A stretch of DNA of 64,000 nucleotides from Candidatus Altimarinota bacterium (GTDB lineage Bacteria > Patescibacteriota > Gracilibacteria > BD1-5 > UBA2023), in assembly GCA_024709505.1 (NCBI GenBank), contig JANJWP010000005.1, positions 25,037 to 89,036 of the forward strand, read 5' to 3'. Both the position numbers and the translations under genes were made by a program. This document shows, one piece after another, positions 22,832 to 32,899 of the stretch. How positions within the stretch are numbered: the first letter of the stretch is position 1; each line of letters starts with the position of its first letter. Under the pieces are notes generated by a model, which was not told the origin of the DNA, searched no databases, and worked only from the letters and a program-made list of their open reading frames with translations.

Positions 22832-23983
22832 ATGAATGCTCAAATGAACCAGGAAATCATCATCCAAGACGTCAAAAGCGACGGTCCGGACCAATCGGAG
22901 TCGGGCGGGCTTTTGGCGAAGTTCGAAAATTGGATGTTGAACCAGCAGCGGTTCAAGCTCAAACAGAAGGTCGTATTTTTCCGCTTGCTCGCCACGATGG
23001 CGAATGCCGGATTGCCGATCCTCAAATCGCTTTCGATTCTGGAACGCCAAGAAAAAAATCCGGTAGCGAAAACGTATTTCGGTCGCATGATCGCGGGCAT
23101 TAAGTCCGGAAAGAACCTTTCGGCCACGCTTCGCGATTTCGAGGGAAATTTTACCGATGCCGAATGCTCCATCATCGAATCCGGAGAAAAAACCGGTAAG
23201 CTCAACGGGGCGCTGGTACAACTTGCCGACCAAGTCGAAAAGGTCGCCGACATTTCCATGAAATTGAAAGGCGCGCTCATCTATCCGGCGGGAATCATCA
23301 TCGTCATGTTCATTTGTATCGGCGTGCTCATGACGCTCGTCGTACCCAAACTCGTCACGATTTTCGGCGAACGCGAAAAATTGCCGCCGATGACCCAATT
23401 CCTTCTCTCGGTCAGCGACGTGTTCGTGAATTATTGGTGGGCGATGGTCCTCTGTTTCGCCATCGTCGTAGCGTTTTTGAAGATTTGGAAAAACACTCCG
23501 GAAGGCCACTACCGTTTTGACATGGCGCTCCTCTACGTCCCCATCGTCGGTCCCATCGTCCGGAAGGTCGTGCTTTCAAAATTTTCCCGGGTCCTTTCCA
23601 ATCTCCTTTCTTCCGGAATTTCCATCGTCGAATCGTTGCGCATCGTTTCGGAAGTCGTCGATCACGAAGTGTACCGTCAGCGCATCATGCTTCTTCGCGA
23701 AGATATTAAGAAGGGCGTGAAAATCGGCGAGGGGCTCGAGGAAGACGCGCTCTTCCCGGACATGCTCGTGCAGATGATCAAGGTTGGCGAAGAAACGGCC
23801 CGTCTCGATACCATCATCTTGAAGATCGCCGATTTTTACGATGCCGAAGTCGATTCGACCGTCAACGCGATCAATAAGACCATCGAACCGGTCATCATCG
23901 TCATCATGGCGGTCGTTGTCGGATTCATCGCGTTGGGGATTCTCCAACCGATCATGAACCTTTCCGAAATCATGGCGGGGTAG
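22832..23983 (+). CDS. pilC: Type IV pilus platform protein (PilC/GspF family)
   Basis: Duplicated GspF domains (LATMANAGLPI...GEKTGKL; LLSSGISI...GEETARL...IEP) with three TM helices. Confidence 0.92.
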   Translation: MNAQMNQEIIIQDVKSDGPDQSESGGLLAKFENWMLNQQRFKLKQKVVFFRLLATMANAGLPILKSLSILERQEKNPVAKTYFGRMIAGIKSGKNLSATLRDFEGNFTDAECSIIESGEKTGKLNGALVQLADQVEKVADISMKLKGALIYPAGIIIVMFICIGVLMTLVVPKLVTIFGEREKLPPMTQFLLSVSDVFVNYWWAMVLCFAIVVAFLKIWKNTPEGHYRFDMALLYVPIVGPIVRKVVLSKFSRVLSNLLSSGISIVESLRIVSEVVDHEVYRQRIMLLREDIKKGVKIGEGLEEDALFPDMLVQMIKVGEETARLDTIILKIADFYDAEVDSTVNAINKTIEPVIIVIMAVVVGFIALGILQPIMNLSEIMAG

Positions 23984-23986
23984 GGG

Positions 23987-24031
23987 ACGAAACGAAAAAA
24001 GAGGGGGCATGCCCCCTCTTTTTCGTTTCGT
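23987..24031. terminator. Bidirectional terminator between convergent genes
   Basis: Near-perfect palindrome ACGAAACGAAAAAAGAGGGGGC-AT-GCCCCCTCTTTTTCGTTTCGT. Confidence 0.8.
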
Positions 24032-24039
24032 GAGATCGT

Positions 24040-24654
24040 TTAGGCGATCATTTTCAATTCTCCGGCGGCCTTCCGGGCCGATTCGACGGATTCCCGTTCG
24101 GTATTTGCGCTGAGCTTCGCCCGCGCTTCGGCGCCCCGGGCGATTTCAGCGGTGCGACGCTCGGTTTCGAGTTCTTGCGCGGCTTTGAGAACGGCCTTGG
24201 AAAATTCGAGCTTGCGTGCGTGTTCGATATCTTCGGCCGTTTTTTTCTCGTCCTGCTTTCTCCGTTTGTCGTTTTCCGCGTCCCGGCCTTCTTGGGTTCC
24301 GCGGACGCCTTCGAGTTTTTCAACGAGGGAAAGATAGGCTTTTTCGAGGGCCTTCTTCCGATCATCGGCATTTCCGATGGACTTCGCCGCTTCAATCGAT
24401 TTTTCGTATTCGGCCAAGTGGGGAGCGGACCATTCCGCAAATTCGTCCCTTTCGTTTTTTCCTCCGGATCATGCGTCGCTCCGCCGCGTCGAAAGGATTT
24501 CCGCATAGGCGCTCTTTCCGGCTTTCCGCATGAGGTCGAAAGTTCCTTCTTCCGATTCGGTCCGTTCCTTTCGGATGAGGGAATCCGCCTCTTCGATCCT
24601 TTTCTTTTCGAGGCGGAGTTCTTCTTCTCGGGATTCTTGCTTTTCGAGATTCAT
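24040..24654 (-). CDS. Hypothetical charged coiled-coil protein (204 aa)
   Basis: Two same-frame ORF pieces joined at TGA 24469; E/K/R/A-rich helical composition. Confidence 0.65.
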
Positions 24655-24756
24655 AATCGGTGCGGTTAGTTCGGTTCCATCATACCATGAACAGGACGAA
24701 AAGCCAAAAGCCAGGGAATCTTCGGGGGAATTCATCCGCCTCAAAAACCGGTCCGT

Positions 24757-25410
24757 CTAAAATACGACGACGAATTCGCCCTTTCTCGGTCGGGATTTGA
24801 GTTCGGCAACGCATTCCGCGGCAGTTCCGCGGAAGAATTCTTCGAACTTCTTCGTCAGTTCCCGAGCAATCACGACGGGATGGTCTCCGCCGAAGTTTTC
24901 GGCGATTTCCGCCACCGTCCTATCTATTCGGTGAACGCTCTCGTAGATGACAACGGTGTAATCTTTGTTCCGTAGCGATTCGAAGAGCGTCTTCCGCCCT
25001 TTTTTAATCGGAAGAAACCCAAGGAAGCGAAAATCGTGCGTATGCGCTCCGGAACATACGAGGGCTGAAAGTACCGCCGACGCTCCCGGAATGGGGGAGA
25101 CCGGAATTCCTTCCGCAATGGCGGCTTTCACAAGCGCGTATGCCGGATCCGATATTCCCGGCGTTCCCGCATCCGAAATCAGGGCGCAGGTTTTGCCTTC
25201 TTTCAGCGCGTCGAGGATTTTATCGATCTTCGCGACGCCGGAATGCGAATGGAAAGACAACATCGGACGGTCAATGCCGTAGTGCTTGGTGAGGATGCCC
25301 GAAGTGCGGGTATCCTCACAGGCAATGAAATCGGCCTCTTTCAAGACGCGCACGCCGCGGTACGTCATGTCTTCGAGATTGCCGATAGGAGTCGAGACGA
25401 GGTAGAGCAT
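24757..25410 (-). CDS. rsmI: 16S rRNA C1402 2'-O-methyltransferase
   Basis: Motifs LYLVSTPIGNLED, CEDTR, SDAGTPGISDP and RELTKKFEE. Confidence 0.96.
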   Translation of the reverse strand: MLYLVSTPIGNLEDMTYRGVRVLKEADFIACEDTRTSGILTKHYGIDRPMLSFHSHSGVAKIDKILDALKEGKTCALISDAGTPGISDPAYALVKAAIAEGIPVSPIPGASAVLSALVCSGAHTHDFRFLGFLPIKKGRKTLFESLRNKDYTVVIYESVHRIDRTVAEIAENFGGDHPVVIARELTKKFEEFFRGTAAECVAELKSRPRKGEFVVVF

Positions 25411-25415
25411 GCTAT

Positions 25416-26843
25416 TTAGAGTCCGAGTTTGTCACGGATCACATTCATCTCGTAGTAGAGGTTCTGGTCCTTTTTCAAGACCGTCTCGAGCTTGCGGCAC
25501 GAGTAGAGAATGGCTGAATGGTTGCGACCGGAGAAGATGTTCCCGATGCGTTCGTAGGTGAAGTGCATCTTATTTTTCAGGAGGTACATGGCCACCTGGC
25601 GGGGAATCATGTTTTCTTTGCGGCGATCCTCGCCCACGAGGGTCTTTTTTTCGATGCCGAAGTGCCCGGCGACGGCGTCAAGCAGTTCGTCGTAGCTTCG
25701 CGCTACCCGGCGTTGGAGGTTCCGGTTTCCGATGGCATCGTTCGTAACCCCGAGTTTTTGAAAGCGGGAAGAGACGTTCTCAAGCGTCGGCGGCTTGCCA
25801 TGGAGTTCGTATTCGGCGATGATCTGATTGAGAATGCCTTCGATTTCGCGGACGTTGGAACTCGCGTTGTACGCGATGAATTCCGCGACTTCCTGTGGGA
25901 GGATGAATTCGCGCGAGCGGGCTTTTTCCTGAAGAATGGCCAAACGGGTTTCGAAATCCGGCGCCCCGACATCCACGATGATACCCCATTCGAAGCGCGA
26001 CTTGAGGCGCGGTTCGATTTCGGTGAGTTCCTTCGGCGGACGGTCTCCGGAGAGAACGATTTGCCGGCCGGATTCGTGCATCAGGTTGAAGATGTTGTAG
26101 AGCTCTTCCTGAGTACGCTCTTTCTTCGCGAGGAATTGGACGTCGTCAATGACGAGCACGTCGATGTTGCGGTATTTTTCCCGCATCTTATCGACGGTGC
26201 GCTTCTTGATGCTGTTGACGTAGTCGGTAAGGAACCGGTCGGCCGTGGTGTAAATGACCTTCTTGTCCTTGAAACGCGCCTTGATGGTGTTTCCGATGCC
26301 TTGGAGGAGGTGGGTCTTTCCAAGTCCTACGTCGCCGTAGATGTAGAGGGGGTTGTACGCGGAGCCCGGGCGGCGCGAAACGGCGTCGGCAGCAGCATAG
26401 GCGAGCTGGTTGGACGGTCCGACGATGAAGTTTTCGAGACGGTATTTCTCGTTCATCATGCGGACGTTGATTCCGCCCATTTCCTCCTCTTCCTTGGCGA
26501 CGGAAGCCTCTTCCTCCTTTTTCTTGAGGGAGAAAAACTCCTTGTATTCCTTCAAACAGTCGATTACCGCGGCATTGGAGGGATTGTCGATGTCGGAATC
26601 CACCGAGAATTCGACGCTCTCGACCTCGGGGAGTACGCCCGAAACCGCCTCTGCGATCTCGTGCTTGAACTTGTGGGCGAGATTGTCCCGGGCAAAACTT
26701 GAGACGACGCCGAAAACGACTTTTCCATCGGCGTACGAGAGGAGCGACAGCTTCTTGAAGTACGTAAGGAAATCCTGTTTCTTTACATTACCGGCAATCG
26801 CCCGCACGATTTTCCGAAGATGTTCTGCGCTGGGGGGAGTCAT
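25416..26843 (-). CDS. dnaA: Chromosomal replication initiator DnaA
   Basis: YNPLYIYGDVGLGKTHL, IDDVQFL, RLKSRFEWG and domain IV PRQVAMYL...GRNHSAI. Start chosen at ATG 26843. Confidence 0.96.
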   Translation of the reverse strand: MTPPSAEHLRKIVRAIAGNVKKQDFLTYFKKLSLLSYADGKVVFGVVSSFARDNLAHKFKHEIAEAVSGVLPEVESVEFSVDSDIDNPSNAAVIDCLKEYKEFFSLKKKEEEASVAKEEEEMGGINVRMMNEKYRLENFIVGPSNQLAYAAADAVSRRPGSAYNPLYIYGDVGLGKTHLLQGIGNTIKARFKDKKVIYTTADRFLTDYVNSIKKRTVDKMREKYRNIDVLVIDDVQFLAKKERTQEELYNIFNLMHESGRQIVLSGDRPPKELTEIEPRLKSRFEWGIIVDVGAPDFETRLAILQEKARSREFILPQEVAEFIAYNASSNVREIEGILNQIIAEYELHGKPPTLENVSSRFQKLGVTNDAIGNRNLQRRVARSYDELLDAVAGHFGIEKKTLVGEDRRKENMIPRQVAMYLLKNKMHFTYERIGNIFSGRNHSAILYSCRKLETVLKKDQNLYYEMNVIRDKLGL

Positions 26844-27036
26844 TCTGGTTCGAATTCCGATGAAGGGTTCCGTGCCGGGGGTCCCGGCCTTGGAAGATGT
26901 GACATATTTACCCGGAGCCGGTCCGGAGTCAAAAGAAAAAAACGCCTTGACACCTAAAAACGTACACATTTTTTGTACGCTTTTCCGGTGGCTTGGCAAG
27001 GGGGAGCGAAATCCTCGGTTTTTCGTGTTCGGTTGA

Positions 27037-27079
27037 GAAAAGTCCCCTCGCTTTCAAAAGGAAAGCGAGGGGACTTTTT
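27037..27079 (-). terminator. Terminator downstream of rplS
   Basis: Hairpin AAAAGTCCCCTCGCTTTC-AAAAG-GAAAGCGAGGGGACTTTT. Confidence 0.8.
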
Positions 27080-27089
27080 GACAATGAAT

Positions 27090-27446
27090 TTAGGCCTTGA
27101 TTTCTTTGAGGCGAGCCGCCTTTCCGCGGAGGTTGCGGATGAAGGAAATGTACTTGCGGCGAACCTTGAAAGAACGAAGAACCTCGATCTTGGAAACGCC
27201 CGGGGAGTGGATGGCGAAAATCTTTTCGATTCCAATGCCGTCAACGTCCTTGCGAACGGTGATGGTCTTTTCAAGGGGGCTTGCGCCTTTGGTTCGGATG
27301 ACGAGCCCGCGGAATTTTTGAATGCGGGACTTTTCTCCTTCCTTGATGATTTGGTGCACTTCGACTTCCATGCCGGTGCGGACCTGCGGAACGTCGGCCT
27401 TGATGAATTCGGCCTGAATTTCGCGAATGAGGGCTGCGTTCGCCAT
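27090..27446 (-). CDS. rplS: 50S ribosomal protein L19
   Basis: IKEGEKSRIQKFRGLVI, TITVRK, KVRRK...RGKAARLKE; promoter TTGACT-16-TATAGT (27533-27506). Confidence 0.96.
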   Translation of the reverse strand: MANAALIREIQAEFIKADVPQVRTGMEVEVHQIIKEGEKSRIQKFRGLVIRTKGASPLEKTITVRKDVDGIGIEKIFAIHSPGVSKIEVLRSFKVRRKYISFIRNLRGKAARLKEIKA

Positions 27447-27535
27447 TTTCTCACGAGGGTTACGGGATGGATACGGAAAAGCTCGTACCCGAAAAATACC
27501 GGCTTACTATATGGAAAGGCGAGGGGGAGTCAAAT

Positions 27536-27766
27536 TTATTTCGAGATTGCCGAAAGCATTTTCGAAAAGGCTTCCCGATCGATCTCCACTTCCCTTAAGA
27601 GCGCCATTCCAAGCTCGAGGTTGACGAGTTTCGCGAGCTTCGTTTTTTCTTCGGATTCCGGCATCCGTTCATACCTTGCTTCAAAGGATTCGGCATGCTT
27701 CCGAAATTCCGGATACTTTTGGAGGAAGCGCTGCCAATTAGGGGAATCGGTTTCGAGTCGTGACAT
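27536..27766 (-). CDS. Small hypothetical helical protein (76 aa)
   Basis: ATG 27766 to TAA; last gene of a three-gene cluster. Confidence 0.55.
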   Translation of the reverse strand: MSRLETDSPNWQRFLQKYPEFRKHAESFEARYERMPESEEKTKLAKLVNLELGMALLREVEIDREAFSKMLSAISK

Positions 27767-27812
27767 CGTGGCGGGAGTTTTTTGGGTATTTGAGATCGGC
27801 TTTCGGCCTGAA

Positions 27813-28253
27813 CTACAGGAATGCGGACAAGGGATCTTCGAGTTTTCGTGGAATTTCCCCTTCGGGTTTTTCGCAAACCGGCGGACGTCCGGCATTCCGC
27901 ATGACTTCGAGCTTGCGTTTGCGATCGTATTCCTCGGCTCAGGCGAGGTTCGATTGGAATGTTGCTTCTGTTTCCTCGGCCCTGCTCCGCGCTTCTTCGG
28001 CCCGGAGTTCGGCTTCTGAAACGAGCCTCTCTATTCGTTCGAACGCGTTCGCGATGTTGCGTCGCCGTTCTTCGTCGGCATAGTGCTTGATTTCGAGGAG
28101 CTTGTCTAGATATTTCGGCCAATGGTCGAGGATTTCGACCTGCCGTTCCGGAAGGAGCGCCGAAAAAATGCGCTCCAAATTAAAGCGTTCCTGTTCGGTC
28201 AGTCAGGATTCCTTGAGGTAGAGCGAAAACTTGAAATTTCCCGGGGCGGACAT
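27813..28253 (-). CDS. Hypothetical helical protein (146 aa), paralog of 38244-38552
   Basis: Reconstructed through TGA 28203 and 27939; shares ERIF..L..ER...IL..WPK...ANA with 38244-38552. Confidence 0.7.
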
Positions 28254-28262
28254 GATCTTCCG

Positions 28263-28559
28263 TTAGCTGATGGCTCCCGAAAGCAGGAGATCGACGGTCT
28301 TATAAAAATCAACCCCGATTTTCTGGTTGTCGCGCTCGGCTTGAAGGATGACGAGCTCGATTTCTTTGGAAACCGCTTCACGTTCGGCGGAATTTTTCAG
28401 CGCGTCGATCCTCGAACAAAGCGATGTGAGCGCTTCCCTGAAGGCGGGATCGGAGTTTTTTTCTCCGAGCGAAAGGAGTTTCTCCTTGGTTTTCTCGGTT
28501 GCGGAAACGGAAGTTTCGGTTTCGGATTCGACGGGAATCCTTCCTCGTTCGACGTTCAT
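28263..28559 (-). CDS. Small hypothetical protein (98 aa)
   Basis: MNVERGRIP... to TAA; promoter-like TTGGAA-17-TATACT at 28615-28587. Confidence 0.6.
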   Translation of the reverse strand: MNVERGRIPVESETETSVSATEKTKEKLLSLGEKNSDPAFREALTSLCSRIDALKNSAEREAVSKEIELVILQAERDNQKIGVDFYKTVDLLLSGAIS

Positions 28560-28643
28560 GGGCGGGTTCGTAAAAGAATTTCGGACAGTATAGGCCCAAT
28601 CGAAAAGATTTCCAATCCTTGCGCGTTTGCGTATCGTATCGGC

Positions 28644-29858
28644 ATGAAACGCAACTACGTAAAAATCGGCGTTGACGAGGCCGGGCGTTGACCGTGGTTT
28701 TGACCGGTCGTCGCGGCGGCATTGGCTTTCAATCCGAACTCTCCCGTTCCGGAAGGGCTTTTTTCGTCGCTCAAAGACAGCAAGGCCCTTTCGCCGAAGG
28801 TCCGGGAAGGGATATTCCACCAACTCGTCGCCTTGGCTTCTTCGGAAAATCCGTCGGTATTTTTCGGGGTTGGAACATGCGACAATTTCCTCATTGACGA
28901 AATCGGCATTAAAAAGGCCAACCGCGAGGCGATGCGCCGAGCGCTCGAAGAAATCGTTCGGAAACTCCCGGGGGAACTTGAAATCAACGCCGTCGTCATC
29001 GACGGAAACGACGGTTACCAATTCCAGGAAACCGTCGGCCGCGAAGCGGTTTCGGTCGTTCGGGGCGACGCCAAGATCCCCGAAATCTCGGGCGCTTCCA
29101 TCATTGCCAAGACGTTCCGGGACAAACTCGTTGACGCATACGCCCCGCTCTATCCGCACCTCGGCCTTGAAACCCACAAGGGATACGGCGTAAAAAAACA
29201 TGCCGACGCCCTTTGCGATCCATCCAAAGTGACCTGAGCGCACCGAAAAAGCTATGCGCCCGTACAAGCCGCCCTCTCCCGGAAACCCAAACTTCTTTTG
29301 CACGTTTGCTGCGGCCCGGACGCAACGGTTCCCATCATGGATCTCAAGGACCAATACGACCTCCTTTGTTTTTGGTACGACCCCAACATCCAGCCGAAAG
29401 ACGAATACGACCGACGTCTCGAAGCTTTCAAAAAGGTTTGCGAAATCGAAGGCGTTCCATTTATCGAAGGCGACTACGACGTGGCGGAATTCCTTTCGGA
29501 AATCCGAGGGCTCGAACATACGCCCGAAAAAGGCGAAAAATGTTCCAAATGCTATGACATGCGCCTTCGGAAGACCGCCGAACTCGCGGAGTCCCTCGGA
29601 ATCCGACGGTTTTCTTCGACGTTGAACAATTCGCCCCACAAAGACCTTTCGAAAATGTTTTCCTTGGGCGAAAAAAACGCCCTCGAACGGAATCTCGAAT
29701 TCCTGAAGATCGCCTTCCGCAAGAACGGGGGATTCGATCGGAGCGTCCAATACACCAAGAAGCACGGGATATACCGTCAAAATTATTGCGGATGCGTTTT
29801 TTCCGAAACGTTTCCCAAGCCCGGAGCGGAAATTCCGGAAGGGGAGTGGCGGGGATAG
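28644..29858 (+). CDS. rnhB: Ribonuclease HII fused to epoxyqueuosine reductase QueH (DUF208)
   Basis: GVDEAGR*PWF*PVVAAA, DSK, IDG, GDAK...GASIIAK..RD, HKGYG and HRKSY run in frame (TGA 28689, 28701, 29235) into LLLHVCCGPD, PNIQP..EY.RR, CSKCYDMRL and YRQNYCGCVFS; stop TAG. Confidence 0.9.
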
Positions 29859-30062
29859 CCGCCATCGCCCGTTGCCTCGCCCAGTTTCCCCCTTTGGAAT
29901 CTTGACATTGGTATTGTATTGCCTATAAGGCTTTGGAAACGCAGGTGGGATTTTTCCGTTCCAACCCTTGGTAAAGAATCCATACCAAAAACGACTCCCC
30001 CCGCTTGAAACGAGCGGACTTTCCGGCGTTTTCGGTAAATGCCGCGCCTTCCTTTTCCTTCC

Positions 30063-32027
30063 ATGATAAAACACGTTCCCGTTCCATTCGACCGTTATGG
30101 TTCCGATGACTATTTCCGCGTAGCGGAAGGTCTCGCGAACCTATCGGAAAAGCCTTTCCGGGGTTCTTTGGTCGAAAAGGAAATCGAAACCGGAATCCGC
30201 TATTTCGTGAGAAAATACGGCCTCAAAATTTCGGAAATCTTCGATTTCGACACCGTGATCGCACGGGTCGAGGCGCGTTCGGAGGAATCTGAAAACGGCC
30301 TTTCGGATTTGGGGTTCCTTGTTAAATTCCGAGCGCGCTCCCTTTCTCAAGGGTCCGCGTCCATCAAAGACGTCCTCCAAAACGAATTTGAAGCGCTTCT
30401 TCGCGAAGGGCCGCTCGCGTATTTTTCGTGGGCGTGTCCGAGGGAGAAAACGGTTCTCGCCGCAAGCGCCAATGCCGAGCGCGTTTTCGGGCGGGCGCCC
30501 GAATCCTTTTCGGCCGGCAGTACCGAATATTTCGAGCTCATCCATCCTGACGACGTGGAAACGGTGAAAAATGACCTCTCCGAATTTCTCCGTTCCCGGT
30601 CTGGCGAATTCGATCTCCACTACCGCATCGTGCAGCCTTCTTGACAGGTTCGTTTCGTCCGCGACCATACGCGCGTCATTTACGACGAAGACGGCGAGAT
30701 GCTCCAATCCTACGGATTCGTCCTTGACGTGACCGACCGCGAAGAATCCCGTTTCGTCATGGACGAATACGTTCGGGCCATAGACCAAAGCGCCATCGTT
30801 CAAATCGTTGATCGGGAGGGGATGGTCGTGTACGTGAACGACCTGTATCGGAAAGTTTCGGGAGACACCCGGGAAATCGTCGGCAAGCCCGTTCGGATTC
30901 TTGGGGGACGCAAATACCACGACCAAGAATTTTGGGAAAACCTTTGGTCAACCGTTTTGGAAGGAAAGATATGGAGCGGCGTCGTTCAGAACCCGCTTCC
31001 GAGAGACCCTTCGGAAAGCTATTATGCTTACACCACCATCACGCCCGCTTGCAATGCCCGGGGAGAATACGACCGTTTTATCGCCATCAAGTTCGACGTG
31101 ACGCGGTTGAAGGAGGTGGAATCGGCACTCCGTGAAGCCAATGCCCGCTTTGAGAAAATCATCGACTCGACTTCGCAGGGGTTTTGGTCCCTCGATCGGG
31201 ATTTGCGCATTTCGGAGGTGAATTCCTCGCTTTGCCGGATGCTTTGATATTCTCGCGAAGAGCTTTTAGGAAAGGATCTCCGCGAACTTTTCGACGAAAA
31301 GAATCGCGAAATCCTGGAAGCCCAGGCGAAAAACGTCGCGACGACCGATCATCGAAAGTACGATCTCGAGATTCTCCGCAAGGATGGAGCTTCGCTCCCC
31401 ATCATGATCAATGCCACGAGTCTTCGCGCCGAAGACGGAACGTTTTCCGAGGCGGTAGCTTTCGTCACCGATTCGACGGAAGCCAAGGCCTTCCAAACGC
31501 GGCTGTATTTGGCCTCGATTACCGACGAACTCACCCAAACCGGAAATCGGCGACACTTCGACAAGGAACTCGCCCTCGCATTCGACGATTTGGTTCATTG
31601 GCGAATTCCCAATCTTTCCCTCATCGTCCTCGATCTCGACAATTTCAAGCGGATTAACGACAGTTTTGGGCACGATAACGGGGACAAAGTGCTCCGTTTC
31701 ATCGGAAACAAGCTCGGCTCGCTTTCGAATTCGAAGTTTTCGGTCTTCCGCCTCGGAGGCGAGGAGTTCGGAATTCTCGGGAAGGGGATATCGCTCGATT
31801 TAATGCGCGAAGTGGCCGAGAGCCTTCGTAAGGACATCCAGCGTTCGCCGGTAGATATCGGGGCACAACATCCTTTGCGGATCAGCATCAGCGCATGAGT
31901 CGCCTCGCTCGATTCGGCCCAAGCGACTGAACATGCCCCAGTAGACCTCTACCGCTCTGCGGACGCGCTCCTATACCTTGCGAAAAATAGCGGGAGGAAC
32001 AACGTCAAAGCCCAGACGATCATGTAA
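30063..32027 (+). CDS. PAS-domain diguanylate cyclase (GGEEF)
   Basis: Three PAS/PAC-like domains (IHPDD; ML*(G)YSREELLG), then TDELT, DLDNFKRINDSFGH, RLGGEEF, ISA*(G)VA and AKNSGRN; TGA at 30642, 31245 and 31896; promoter TTGACA-16-TATAAG (29902-29929). Confidence 0.9.
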
Positions 32028-32040
32028 CGAAAAAGAGCGC

Positions 32041-32514
32041 TTAGGAGCGCCCTTTTTCGATTTCGGCAAGAAGCTCTTTCGCCATGTCCACGAGACGCTT
32101 TTGGTAGAGCGCTTCCCATTTGGCGACATCTTTCGCTTCTTCGTTGGAAACCGCTTCCAGCGAATCGAGGCTCGCGAAATAGCGGGCGATTTCTTCGTCT
32201 TCTCCCGCGTCGAGAAAAACCGAATGACAGGCCGCGCATTGGTCCACGTGTACCTTGGAAAGGGCGTATTCGGTTTCCGTCATCGTCGCGCCGCATTTTG
32301 GGCATTTGAGGGGTTCGGTACGATCTGGACGATTGTCCCCATAGGAAAACGATTCGAATTTTTCCTTCGCCGGCATCGAGAGTAGCACGGACATTTCATC
32401 GAATTCGAAAAACATTCCGTGGCATTTTTCACAAACGTCGATATGCCGATTGCCGACGGGAATGGCGACGAATTCTCCGTCGCACGAGGGGCAGCGCCTT
32501 TCGTTTAAAGCCAT
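32041..32514 (-). CDS. Double zinc-ribbon (zf-TFIIB-like) protein
   Basis: Two repeats of CPxC...D.CxxCxG.FxD.xE. Confidence 0.75.
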   Translation of the reverse strand: MALNERRCPSCDGEFVAIPVGNRHIDVCEKCHGMFFEFDEMSVLLSMPAKEKFESFSYGDNRPDRTEPLKCPKCGATMTETEYALSKVHVDQCAACHSVFLDAGEDEEIARYFASLDSLEAVSNEEAKDVAKWEALYQKRLVDMAKELLAEIEKGRS

Positions 32515-32660
32515 GTCGGGAAAACGTTGGGTTTAATAAGGGGTTTTGGATCGCAAAGAAGGGGAGTGGTGCGTGGCTGGTTGGGTTCATCATAGCGCAT
32601 CCCGTGCGAAAAAGAAACGATTCCCGTTGAAATTTTTCGCCTTTCCCGTATCCTTTGGGT

Positions 32661-32822
32661 CGTAAGGTCGTTTCGCGTTTCGAAAAACGTCCGGTTTGGC
32701 ACCCGGGACGGAAACGTAAAAAGACCGAGAGAGCCGCACTTCACGCGGAACTCGGGTGGAACCGCTCCGAAACGTCGGAGTCCCGAGGCCCGGACGCCGT
32801 CCGAGGGCCTCTTTCTTTTTTT
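32661..32822 (+). promoter_or_regulatory. Glycine T-box riboswitch (short Stem I, Stem III, antiterminator/terminator)
   Basis: Antiterminator CTCGGG-[TGGAACC]-GCTCCGA-aacg-TCGGAGT-CCCGAG; overlapping terminator GAGGCCC..GGGCCTC-TTTCTTTTTTT; lies upstream of glyS; promoter TTGAAA-16-TATCCT (32627-32654). Confidence 0.85.
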
Positions 32823-32899
32823 CGAGAGGGCGTCCGAGACGGATTCGGGCGGATTTTTTTTCGCGAATTTTTCGCGAATATCCTCTCACCCCTTTTCGT

